A stretch of 63,072 nt of DNA, filler included. It is 7 parts of 7 records of this genome, joined end to end, with 100 filler letters (N's around TTAATTAATTAA, not from the genome) between each part and the next. Parts side by side here need not be neighbours in the genome. Positions count along the whole stretch, not along the records: positions 1 to 25,128 come from SRR2962707_2233; 6 more parts are not named here. One strand, written 5' to 3'. How positions within the stretch are numbered: the stretch's first letter is position 1; each line of letters opens with the position of its first letter. Made by a program: the position numbers and the translations under genes. Below are positions 1-8,855 of the stretch, one piece after another. A model generated the notes under the pieces. That model searched no databases, was not told where the DNA came from, and worked only from the letters and a program-made list of their open reading frames with translations.

Positions 1-126
1 AATTAGGCTGCCATAGCGTAGTTAGACTCGCCAATTACAATTTTGAGTGCATTTATCAAGGATGTACACTCGCCACCCTGCATGCTAGCATATGCTTTAC
101 ACTTCCTGTCGATTCCGGTCGACCCC
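1..126 (-). ncRNA. ssrA: tmRNA, 5' portion (3' end lies outside the window); tag peptide (A)GESNYAMAA* at 32..3
   Basis: Minus strand begins GGGGTCGACCGGAATCGACAGG (tmRNA-type 5' end). It contains GGC GAG TCT AAC TAC GCT ATG GCA GCC TAA, a Bacteroidota-style tag ending YAMAA. Confidence 0.92.
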
Positions 127-240
127 ATTATTTTCAAAGAACAAACTCCAATGGCCAATCCCAAAGGAACAATTCAAAGACAAAGGTAATACTTCCCCGG
201 GCGGGAATATGACAATCAAAAAAGGATTTTAGTTCAAATA

Positions 241-1242
241 TTAGCGGGTATAGGATTTCTTAAACTCTTCTATACAAGTAGAGGAGCCAAGTAGGATCAG
301 GTGGTCTTCCTTGCTGATTACAGTTTGGCCAGAAGGAGCAGGAATAATGCCCTTACTATTGTCTTTCACTCCAATTACAACAGCACCGGTTTTGTCAGTG
401 ATGCGAAGCTCCTGTAGTGTTTTGTCTCTGTAGTCTTCCTTCAAATCCTCGTAATCAATTTCCTCTAAGTGGTAATCCATACCCGAAACTCCATTGATAA
501 GATTTAGAAATTCTATAACAATGGGACGAGTGATGATGTGTGCCATGTACATTCCGCCAAGTACATCCGGCATAATCACATAGTCGGCACCTGCATGATG
601 TAGTTTATCCTGTGTTTCATTACTAGAGGTACGGGCAATGATTTTAATGTCTGGGTTGAGGTTTCGAGCAGTTAATGTAATGAAGACATTGATCGAGTCG
701 GATGGGGTAGTAACGATTATCGCCTTTGCCCGCTCAATACCAATTGCTTTCAGGTGTTCATCTTTTGTAGCATCACCTATGTACCATTTCATGTCTTTGG
801 GAAAATCATCCGCCTTAGACTCATCATTGTCGATGATCACAAAATCCGTCTTGTTTTGGTGCAACTCCTCACTAGCTCGTTTTCCATTGCGACCGTATCC
901 ACATACAATCACATGATTCTGTAGTTTATTTAGTTTCATGTTCGTTCGGAATTTTTTTAATACTTCATTCAGTTTCCCTTCAAAAAAATAACTGGTTACC
1001 ACGGATACAATGTAAGCGAAGATGGCCATGTTCGCTATGATGTATACAGAGGTGAATAAACGACCACCTGGGGTAAGTTCTTTGACTTCCGTAAAGCCTA
1101 CCGTACCAATGGTGATGATGGTCATATAAACAGCATTGATCCAGTCAAGGTCTTCAATGGTAGAAAACCCAACAATCCCGATTGTCAGACTTATCACGAA
1201 AAAGGAGATCGCCGTTACAAGTTGTCTAAAATGGGTATTCAT
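241..1242 (-). CDS. Potassium channel family protein (2-TM pore + TrkA-N/RCK + TrkA-C)
   Basis: Two hydrophobic helices flank the pore motif TIITIGTVGFTE; Rossmann motif VIVCGYGRNG; C-terminal TrkA-C-like region. Confidence 0.9.
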   Translation of the reverse strand: MNTHFRQLVTAISFFVISLTIGIVGFSTIEDLDWINAVYMTIITIGTVGFTEVKELTPGGRLFTSVYIIANMAIFAYIVSVVTSYFFEGKLNEVLKKFRTNMKLNKLQNHVIVCGYGRNGKRASEELHQNKTDFVIIDNDESKADDFPKDMKWYIGDATKDEHLKAIGIERAKAIIVTTPSDSINVFITLTARNLNPDIKIIARTSSNETQDKLHHAGADYVIMPDVLGGMYMAHIITRPIVIEFLNLINGVSGMDYHLEEIDYEDLKEDYRDKTLQELRITDKTGAVVIGVKDNSKGIIPAPSGQTVISKEDHLILLGSSTCIEEFKKSYTR

Positions 1243-1318
1243 AGATCAATCGTAATACGCGATGAAGATAATAAAATGATGGGATAGGATGGTGGAGTTG
1301 GTTCCAGTGTCCGGTAAC

Positions 1319-1825
1319 TTATTTTTCTCTATCGAAGTATAGCTTAATCTTCAGCTTTCCGTACCATGAAGGTTTTTCACCTGATGGATAGGTTTCATCA
1401 TACATCGTGAATATGTACTGTTTGTTGTTTTTTTCAACCGTATAAACCTGCTCACCTCCTTCAAACCCGGGCACTTTAGCAAAGTCCGGTGAAGCGATAA
1501 AATCGCCGTTTTTTACTTCATAGGAGCCACTGTTGAATGCAAATGATTTAAATCCAGCTTGTATTTCATGTTCTGTTGGATTGGACAGGTTGTTGAATGC
1601 TACCCGTGCCTTTAATCCGGGATTGTAAGCAATTGCGTATCTCTCAGGTGAGAGGATAAGAAAACCTGATTGAGAGGGATTTACTTCGATGGTGGTATCT
1701 GCATAGATGTAATCGATTTGCTGGAGCGAATAGCTCCCGAGAAGCTCTTTCTTGGTAATCTTCTGCGTGAAAGCAGATATGCAAATAATGAAAAGTGTGG
1801 TGGTTAGGATTAGGTGCTTTTTCAT
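1319..1825 (-). CDS. Secreted hypothetical protein, possibly lipocalin-like beta-barrel
   Basis: Signal peptide followed by 'LLGSYSL' (lipocalin-like GxW/Y start); 168 aa. Confidence 0.6.
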   Translation of the reverse strand: MKKHLILTTTLFIICISAFTQKITKKELLGSYSLQQIDYIYADTTIEVNPSQSGFLILSPERYAIAYNPGLKARVAFNNLSNPTEHEIQAGFKSFAFNSGSYEVKNGDFIASPDFAKVPGFEGGEQVYTVEKNNKQYIFTMYDETYPSGEKPSWYGKLKIKLYFDREK

Positions 1826-1912
1826 ATGTTTTTGACTACTAAACTTAACCGTGGATAAAAACCCTTACTTAGATTTCCACAGAAATGTGCATGTCAGTAT
1901 CTTGCCGGTCGG

Positions 1913-3016
1913 ATGGAGAATTTTGTGGTATCGGCGCGTAAGTATCGGCCTCTTGGTTTCGAAGAGGTAGTGGGGCAGGAGCATATCACCACCACGCTGG
2001 AGAATGCTATCAAATTCAATCACCTGGGGCAAGCGTTATTGTTTTGTGGTCCGCGAGGGGTAGGAAAAACCACCTGTGCACGAATCCTGGCCAAGACCAT
2101 CAACAATTTTGAAAGTGAATCCGGTGACAGCACAAACAACTTCAACATCTTTGAGTTGGATGCTGCATCAAATAACTCGGTAGAAGACATTCGAAACCTG
2201 ATTGATCAGGTTCGCTATCCACCACAGCAGGGACAATACAAGGTATACATCATTGATGAGGTGCACATGCTGTCTACACAGGCATTCAATGCGTTTTTAA
2301 AGACATTGGAAGAGCCGCCCGAATATGCTATTTTCATTCTAGCCACTACTGAAAAGCATAAAGTGATTCCGACGATTCTTTCCAGATGTCAGATCTATGA
2401 TTTCAATCGTATTGAGGTCGCTGATATCGTAAAACAGCTGGAAAAGATAGCTGCAAGTGAGAGGGTTGATGCGGAAAAGGAAGCACTGCATTTGATCGCA
2501 CAAAAAGCCGATGGCGCATTGAGAGACGCGCTTTCTATCTTCGATTTGATCACGACTTTTTCGTCTGATGGAAAGATCACTTATCAGGATACGATCAAGA
2601 ATCTGCACATCCTTGATTATGACTATTACTTCAAATTGGTGGATGATCTGCTAGCTCAAAATATGTCAGGAGCCCTGATGCTTTTTGATGAAATCCTGCG
2701 GAACGGATTTGATGGAAATAACTTCCTGAATGGTTTTCAGCAGCACCTACGAAATCTACTGGTATCAAAAGACGAAAAAACAATCACTTTGCTGGAGGTG
2801 ACGGAAAACCTGAAGGCAAAATATGCTGAGCAGGCAGCTAATTGCAGTCCCTCATTTCTACTTTCGTCATTAAATATTTCTAATCAGTTTGAACTCAATT
2901 ACAAACAAAGCAAAAACCAGCGATTGCATGTAGAGCTTTGTCTGATGAAGCTGGCTCACCTTTCTAACGCACTAACACTTAGCTCCTCAGATGACGGAGT
3001 AAAAAAAAAAGGCTAG
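1913..3016 (+). CDS. dnaX: DNA polymerase III gamma/tau, short (gamma-like) product in the zero frame
   Basis: ARKYRP, Walker A GPRGVGKTT, DAASN, IIDEVHM, SRC motifs. Ends at a TAG three nt after an A10 run (3001-3010). Confidence 0.97.
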   Translation: MENFVVSARKYRPLGFEEVVGQEHITTTLENAIKFNHLGQALLFCGPRGVGKTTCARILAKTINNFESESGDSTNNFNIFELDAASNNSVEDIRNLIDQVRYPPQQGQYKVYIIDEVHMLSTQAFNAFLKTLEEPPEYAIFILATTEKHKVIPTILSRCQIYDFNRIEVADIVKQLEKIAASERVDAEKEALHLIAQKADGALRDALSIFDLITTFSSDGKITYQDTIKNLHILDYDYYFKLVDDLLAQNMSGALMLFDEILRNGFDGNNFLNGFQQHLRNLLVSKDEKTITLLEVTENLKAKYAEQAANCSPSFLLSSLNISNQFELNYKQSKNQRLHVELCLMKLAHLSNALTLSSSDDGVKKKG

Positions 3017-3717
3017 TTAGCGAAGAAACGAAAGTCTCAGATCTTAGGAAGCAAGAAGCATCAGGAAAGGAACCGATAGCAGAAGAACAATCCTCGGCAC
3101 CTCCGGTAAGTGAAAAGTCTCCGGTAAAAGAATCGATTTCCGAAACGAAATCGGAACCTGATATGCCCTCGCCTCCGACCGAAGAGCCGAATCAGCAACT
3201 GGAACTATCACAGGAACAATCACCCAAGCCAAAACCCAGCCCAATAGTAAAACCTTCGGAATCGGATAAACCTAAGGAGACTCCAAGTATTTTCGGGAGG
3301 AAGAAAAAGAAGGATGAGGTCGAAGAAGCTTCTCCTGTAACAGATAAAAAGGAAACGGATTTTTCCGATGAAGAGCTACAGAAGGCCTGGATCGCTTTTG
3401 GCGAGCAAAAAGCGGATGCAGGGGACACAGAAAAGCTGATCCTGGGTAAGCAGATGAAGAAAGGTGAAAACCATAGTATCATACTTCTATTGGGCAGTCA
3501 ATTGGAGGTTAGCTTCCTTGAAAAATTTGATACAGAGCTGGTGCAATACCTACGTTCTGAACTCCACAATGATCACATTGTCATCCGTACGCAGATTGAG
3601 GAAATCAAAGATGAGAAAAAGCTCTATACCAGCACCGATATCTTCGATTACATGGTGAAACAAAATCCTGATCTCAAGGACTTAAAAGATCGGCTGGGGC
3701 TGGATTTTGACTATTGA
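3001..3717 (+). CDS. dnaX: C-terminal tau-specific extension of DnaX in the -1 frame (linker + C-terminal domain); probably not an independent gene
   Basis: The -1 frame is open from 2995 (after TGA 2992-2994) through the A10 run to TGA 3715-3717. It encodes a P/E/S/K-rich linker and a C-terminus (KLYTSTDIFDYMVKQNPDLKDLKDRLGLDFDY) resembling Bacteroidota tau ends. Confidence 0.85.
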   Translation, partial: KKKRLVSEETKVSDLRKQEASGKEPIAEEQSSAPPVSEKSPVKESISETKSEPDMPSPPTEEPNQQLELSQEQSPKPKPSPIVKPSESDKPKETPSIFGRKKKKDEVEEASPVTDKKETDFSDEELQKAWIAFGEQKADAGDTEKLILGKQMKKGENHSIILLLGSQLEVSFLEKFDTELVQYLRSELHNDHIVIRTQIEEIKDEKKLYTSTDIFDYMVKQNPDLKDLKDRLGLDFDY

Positions 3718-3721
3718 AAAT

Positions 3722-4330
3722 ATGCTTAAAGCTCCCGAAGAAATTAGGTTGACTTACTGTAGACTTTGTGAAAACAGAGAAATGACCAATTTAGGTGTTG
3801 TTTGTAGGCTCAAAGAATCACCTGATTTTTCAAATAGCGAATGCTCTGAGTTTGAAGAGGATGAAAACGAGGTGGAAAGGTTGATCAAAATTAAAAATGA
3901 GTCCTCAGAAGAAGAAACTGTTAATCATTTAAGTTGGGTTTTCTGGCTTATACCCTTCATTATAGCATTAGGTTATTGGGCATATTCATTTTATTCATCA
4001 AATAAACTAGCCGAGAATTATCGATATACAAAGGCCACAGTTTATGATGTTGATAAATCTTTCAATATTCCTTACTTCTGGGTGCCTTCTACTAAAGTGT
4101 ACTTCAGATATAAAATTGATAGTAAAGGGTATGAGGAAAAGATTAGGGTAGATGGAGTTTATCAGGATTATGGTGGTTTAGTTGGAGGTGATTTCTTGTT
4201 GATTTTCTCGCCTAACTCACATTCAAACTGTCAGATTTTGTTAAATAAGCCTTTATCTGACAAAATACTGTTTCCTGATGATGGTTTTTCAGAACCTGAA
4301 TTAAAAAAGTATTTAAAAGAAAGAAGGTAA
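3722..4330 (+). CDS. Hypothetical membrane protein with N-terminal Cys cluster
   Basis: C-x2-C...C...C N-terminus, one TM helix (WVFWLIPFIIALGYWAY), AT-rich. ATG 3722 preferred over TTG 3707. Confidence 0.7.
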   Translation: MLKAPEEIRLTYCRLCENREMTNLGVVCRLKESPDFSNSECSEFEEDENEVERLIKIKNESSEEETVNHLSWVFWLIPFIIALGYWAYSFYSSNKLAENYRYTKATVYDVDKSFNIPYFWVPSTKVYFRYKIDSKGYEEKIRVDGVYQDYGGLVGGDFLLIFSPNSHSNCQILLNKPLSDKILFPDDGFSEPELKKYLKERR

Positions 4331-4453
4331 AGGTAGGTTCCTGAGTTTAATTATAAATTAACTCTATTTTTTATCTTATTTTTTGTTAGATAAATCCAAT
4401 AACTCTTTTGTGTTCGTAAGTGTAGCAGAATCAAAAAATAAATACTTACAAAC

Positions 4454-5656
4454 ATGAAAAATTTAAAATCAATATTCACATTACTAATTGCGGCAGTTAT
4501 TGTAGTTAGCTGCGGGGATGATGATGGTGCATCTATATCTACGGAGACAGGGACCCAGGTTTCATTTGATTTATTCGATTTGACTGCTGGAGGAGCATTG
4601 GGAACAGCCACATTTGCGGAGCTTTCCGATGGTTCCACTAAGGTAACTATCGATATGGCTAGTTCTCTCCTGGTTGGTGATCACCCGATTCATATCCATG
4701 AAAACACAGCTGCAGAAGGAGGAGATATCGCGATTACACTAAACCCTGTGGACGCAAGTGGGATGAGTGAAACTACCGTTAATATGCTGGATGATGGAAC
4801 TGAGATCATGTATAGTGAACTCATCTCATTCGATGGGTACATAAATATTCACTTAAGCGCCTCCGAGCTTGCAACCTTAATTGCGCAGGGTGATATTGGT
4901 GTAAACGCTTTTACTGGTGAGTCAATGTCATATGATTTAAATGAAGTGGATGTTGCTGGTGTTTCAGGAACGGTTATGCTACAGGAACGAGTAAGTGGGG
5001 AAACACTGCTTACCATGAATCTGGATAATACAGAAAATGGAGAGGAGCATCCTGCGCACATACACATGAATACTGCTGCTGAAGGTGGTGATATTGCTGT
5101 CACTCTACAAAGTGTGAATGGAACAACTGGAATGTCAAGAACAAATATTTCCATGTTGGATGATGGTACCATGATCAGTTATGATGATCTAATTGATTAC
5201 GATGGATATATTAATGTTCATGCTAGTGCCGGTGATCTGGCCACTCTTGTTGCTCAAGGAGACATTGGTCAAAATGCCCTGACTGGAATGTCTGAAACTT
5301 ATGACTTAAATGAAGTGGATGTTGCCGGTGTTTCCGGAATAGTTACCTTCAGCGAACGCATTAATGATGAAACTCTGATAATGATTCAGTTGACAGGAAC
5401 AACAGATGGAGATTCGCATCCCACGCATATTCACTTAAATTCAGCGGCTGAAGGTGGTGATATTGCCATTACCCTGACTAGTGTGAATGGAACGAGCGGT
5501 ATGTCAAAAACGAATATCACATCACTTAACGATATGACAGATATCACTTACTCAGATTTAGTAACTTTTGATGGGTACATAAATGTTCATCAAAGTGCTG
5601 AAGATCTGGCGACACTAGTAGCTCAGGGAGATATAGGTGCGAACGCAGGTATGTAA
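4454..5656 (+). CDS. Lipoprotein with three tandem CHRD-like repeats
   Basis: Lipobox VVSC followed by acidic GDDD. Three ~123-aa repeats, each with HPxHIH-xNxAAEGGDIA and FDGY/YDGY-INxH...AQGDIG. Confidence 0.85.
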   Translation: MKNLKSIFTLLIAAVIVVSCGDDDGASISTETGTQVSFDLFDLTAGGALGTATFAELSDGSTKVTIDMASSLLVGDHPIHIHENTAAEGGDIAITLNPVDASGMSETTVNMLDDGTEIMYSELISFDGYINIHLSASELATLIAQGDIGVNAFTGESMSYDLNEVDVAGVSGTVMLQERVSGETLLTMNLDNTENGEEHPAHIHMNTAAEGGDIAVTLQSVNGTTGMSRTNISMLDDGTMISYDDLIDYDGYINVHASAGDLATLVAQGDIGQNALTGMSETYDLNEVDVAGVSGIVTFSERINDETLIMIQLTGTTDGDSHPTHIHLNSAAEGGDIAITLTSVNGTSGMSKTNITSLNDMTDITYSDLVTFDGYINVHQSAEDLATLVAQGDIGANAGM

Positions 5657-5680
5657 TTTTTGAAATCAAATTTTAGATAC

Positions 5681-5709
5681 AAAAAGCGGCTTTTGGGTCG
5701 CTTTTTTTT
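5681..5709. terminator. Bidirectional intrinsic terminator
   Basis: AAAAAGCGGC-TTTTGG-GTCGCTTTTTTTT between convergent genes. Confidence 0.85.
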
Positions 5710-7507
5710 ATTCGCTATCATAGACCTTCAACTCCTGACCCACATTCAGGTCAAAGCCCGATAGATTATTCAGGTCTACTACTTCATCCACAGTCATGCT
5801 ATATTTTCTTGAAATCGCATAAACCGTTTCGCCAGGTTGTACTGTGTGATTGATGATCTTCTTACCGGCTGAAGCTTCCTCGATCGGTGGCTTCACCTGA
5901 ATATTCTGACCGATGCTGATGGCGTTTGGGTCAGGAAGGTGGTTCCATCTGAGTAAATCTTCCATTTCTACTTCATAAAGTCTGGAGATACTCCAAAGTG
6001 TTTCACCAGCTGCAATCGTATGAATCTTTACTTTGTTCAGTCGTTCTTCTTTCGTATCAACCACCGGCACGATGATGTCAGGGACTTCTTTCTCTATGAC
6101 TTCCTCGTCTATTGGTTCTTCCGTGGATTCTTTGGTAATCACATCATTATCCACATCACTGGTTGAAGCTGTTGGTCTTGCTGCAGGTTTAGTAATAACT
6201 GGTTTGCTTAGCTCATGGTAAGCAATCGGTTCATCAGATGGCCGGGTCTTGTCCATCCATAGCACTCTTCCCGGCTTCAACTCATCAATGATGCTCATTC
6301 GGTTTCGCTTGGCAAGTTTGGATATCCGGATCCCATACTGCTGAGATACCTCCCAAAGTGACTCATTTCGCTTAGTTACATGAAAGCCGATTTTGGCCCT
6401 TCCCTTCTTCTTTTTGATATAGTAAAATTCATTCGGGATAATGGTATCCGACTCACCCATATCGTTGTATTTTCTGAATCGTTTTTCTGAAATTCCTGCT
6501 CGTGCAGAAAGACTGTGTACATCATCCTTTTCTCTGGCCAGGATGGATGGAATGCCATTTAGTGGAATAATTGTGGACTTGTTGGCTTCCGTTATTCCCG
6601 GTTTGAGCTCTGTTGGATAGACTTTCTTCTCAGGCTCAGAAATTTTATTGCGTTTGGTGTTATTGTGTGCAATGGCTCTCTTTGGTGGTGTTCCCTGCCG
6701 TGGAATGAGAACACTATACGTTTTATCATTAGGAACGTCCCCACGCTTCAGCCATTTATTGTATTTCTCCAGTTCATCCAAATCTACCTTTTGTTCTTTG
6801 GCAATTTGGGAAAGGCTTTTACCTCCGGCATCTGTGATTTCATCCAGCCAGATGCCTTCCGAGTGCGGTTTGCCCACGTGTGCTGAAAATGCTACCACAT
6901 GTGCGATGAATTTTTTCACATACCAATGAGTGCTGTTGTTAATGGTCATGCGTCGTGCATCCTTATTGGATTCATCCACATATTTTTGAGCGCCCCCTCG
7001 ACCGGTGTTGTAGGCCATTACCGAGTAGACCCAGTTTTTAAGAAAAAAATTGTGGCTATTAAGGTATTTGGCTGATCCTCTGGAAGCAGAAACGATATTT
7101 AATCGCTCATCCACATTACGATCCACTCTAAGTCCGACTTCACGTGCGGTAAAGTCTTTGAACTGCCAAAAGCCAACCGCATTGGCCGAAGACACAGCAT
7201 CTGAGATCAACGCACTTTCCTGTATCGCCAGAAACTTGATTTCATCAGGAATATTTGCATCTCCATGTTCACGTTCGATGATTGGAAAATACAGATTCAT
7301 CCGATCCACTAGGATATTAAAGTAGGTCTGACTCTGAGTAAGTCGATCCACATCTTTCTGAATTTGTTTACGGGTGGACTCATTGATCGAAAGCCGAAGG
7401 TCACCTAGCATCATTTCGCTTGGTACCGTCTGAGCGAAAGCCGAAATAATTAATAAGGTAAGTACCCCACTTGCTACTTGTCGCTTGAAGCTAACTCCTG
7501 TATTCAT
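5708..7507 (-). CDS. mltD: MltD-like lytic transglycosylase with LysM domains
   Basis: SLT motif AIQESAL...AVGFWQF, AYNTG; several LysM repeats (HTIAAGETLWSIS, HTVQPGETVYAIS). Confidence 0.88.
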   Translation of the reverse strand: MNTGVSFKRQVASGVLTLLIISAFAQTVPSEMMLGDLRLSINESTRKQIQKDVDRLTQSQTYFNILVDRMNLYFPIIEREHGDANIPDEIKFLAIQESALISDAVSSANAVGFWQFKDFTAREVGLRVDRNVDERLNIVSASRGSAKYLNSHNFFLKNWVYSVMAYNTGRGGAQKYVDESNKDARRMTINNSTHWYVKKFIAHVVAFSAHVGKPHSEGIWLDEITDAGGKSLSQIAKEQKVDLDELEKYNKWLKRGDVPNDKTYSVLIPRQGTPPKRAIAHNNTKRNKISEPEKKVYPTELKPGITEANKSTIIPLNGIPSILAREKDDVHSLSARAGISEKRFRKYNDMGESDTIIPNEFYYIKKKKGRAKIGFHVTKRNESLWEVSQQYGIRISKLAKRNRMSIIDELKPGRVLWMDKTRPSDEPIAYHELSKPVITKPAARPTASTSDVDNDVITKESTEEPIDEEVIEKEVPDIIVPVVDTKEERLNKVKIHTIAAGETLWSISRLYEVEMEDLLRWNHLPDPNAISIGQNIQVKPPIEEASAGKKIINHTVQPGETVYAISRKYSMTVDEVVDLNNLSGFDLNVGQELKVYDSE

Positions 7508-8142
7508 ATTTTTCTTAATATCATCAAACCATCGCGGATGGGAAACAAAACGTTCTGCACCCTTGAATCCGTATGAACCTTCTTATTGAAGTCACGAATG
7601 GCCTCCGTGTCTTTATCATTCTTGGTTTTATCAAACACTTTGCCACTCCAAAGCACATTATCCGCAATGATAAAGCCTCCCGTAACAACCTGATCAATCA
7701 CCAGATCAAAATAATTGCCATAATTGGACTTATCCGCATCTATAAAAACTAAATCCCAGCTTTCTTTTAGTGTTGGGATTACTTCTATCGCATTTCCAAT
7801 CTTCATTTCAATTTGGTTTGCCCAATCAGATTGGTTGAAATATGTTTTTGTCCGTACGGATAGCTCTTCGTTATTGTCGATGGTAATGAGTTTTCCCTGA
7901 GGTTGCAATCCTTCAGCCATGCATAACGCGGCATACCCGGTATAAGTACCAATTTCAAGGATGTTCTTTGGCCGGATCATGTGCGAAAGCATCGACAACA
8001 CACGTCCTTGAAGGTGACCGGAAAGCATGCGGGGTTTTAAAACATGGAGGTGAGTTTCCCTGTTGATCTGCTGAAGCAAACCAGATTCAGGCTCAGAGTG
8101 ATCTTCAACATACTTTTGAAGATCTTCAGGTAAAAATTCCAT
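7504..8142 (-). CDS. SAM-dependent O-methyltransferase (CCoAOMT/COMT-like, Methyltransf_3)
   Basis: ILEIGTYTGYA, VFIDADK, IADNVLWSG motifs. Confidence 0.93.
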   Translation of the reverse strand: MEFLPEDLQKYVEDHSEPESGLLQQINRETHLHVLKPRMLSGHLQGRVLSMLSHMIRPKNILEIGTYTGYAALCMAEGLQPQGKLITIDNNEELSVRTKTYFNQSDWANQIEMKIGNAIEVIPTLKESWDLVFIDADKSNYGNYFDLVIDQVVTGGFIIADNVLWSGKVFDKTKNDKDTEAIRDFNKKVHTDSRVQNVLFPIRDGLMILRKI

Positions 8143-8160
8143 GTACGTAAAGATAAAGAT

Positions 8161-8649
8161 TTACTTTTTGGAAAGCTTACTTTTAAGTTTTTCTAAAAAA
8201 GAAAGATCTTCTTTGTCTCTAGCTTTGGATCGTTCTTTTATCGCTTGTTTTTTCAGTAGAATCAGATCATCTATATCAACAACATTGATATCTACTCCGT
8301 CAACACCTCTAGTCACTTTGCGACTGTAGGCATAGTCAAAATCAAAGCTCCCAACAGTTTTAAGTATTTCAATTCTCAGTGGCGGATCACCAATTCCTAT
8401 CATTTTTGGAATCAAAAACATTTCAGTTGCCAGTTCCTCTCTAGGTATTCCATATTCAACACAGGCATCTAACATACGATTTGCATTGGAATCACTTGCA
8501 TGAATAAAAATGTCCAAATCGTTTGTTCCACGAATATGACCGTAAGCACCCATGGCATACCCTCCAATAAGCAAGTATTCAACTTGATGCTTATTCAAGG
8601 AGTTGAGGAAATCCTTATAATGAGTAGGAAACTGATTGTTTTCACTCAT
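8161..8649 (-). CDS. Stand-alone nucleotidyltransferase-fold protein (DUF6036/AbiEii/MenT-like)
   Basis: IGGYA...R-G-T-N-D-L-D signature; C-terminal K...R-x-x-x-R-D-x-x-D motif; 4-nt ATGA overlap with the upstream small ORF. Confidence 0.8.
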   Translation of the reverse strand: MSENNQFPTHYKDFLNSLNKHQVEYLLIGGYAMGAYGHIRGTNDLDIFIHASDSNANRMLDACVEYGIPREELATEMFLIPKMIGIGDPPLRIEILKTVGSFDFDYAYSRKVTRGVDGVDINVVDIDDLILLKKQAIKERSKARDKEDLSFLEKLKSKLSKK

Positions 8650-8840
8650 TTTTCAATGAAATAAATTTTCCTTGAGTTTGGTTGATTCTTAATATCTACA
8701 CCCATCATTGCGCATTGCGCTGCTATCGCTTTAAAATACTCGCTTAAATTGTCAGCCAAGGGTCGTTTTAACGCCGCTTGGACTTCTAATTCAATCGGGT
8801 CTTCATTTGAATCTACATACGAAATAGATCGTGTCTGCAT
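8646..8840 (-). CDS. 64-aa hypothetical protein, candidate antitoxin/partner of the NTase
   Basis: Fills the gap exactly, overlaps the NTase start (ATGA), and is preceded by a TATCTTTA -7-like promoter element. Confidence 0.7.
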   Translation of the reverse strand: MQTRSISYVDSNEDPIELEVQAALKRPLADNLSEYFKAIAAQCAMMGVDIKNQPNSRKIYFIEK

Positions 8841-8855
8841 GATATAAAGATATGA

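Noticed and set aside
3163..3717. Independent 184-aa gene
   Set aside because: The frame is open back to the dnaX A10 run and the product looks like the tau C-terminus.
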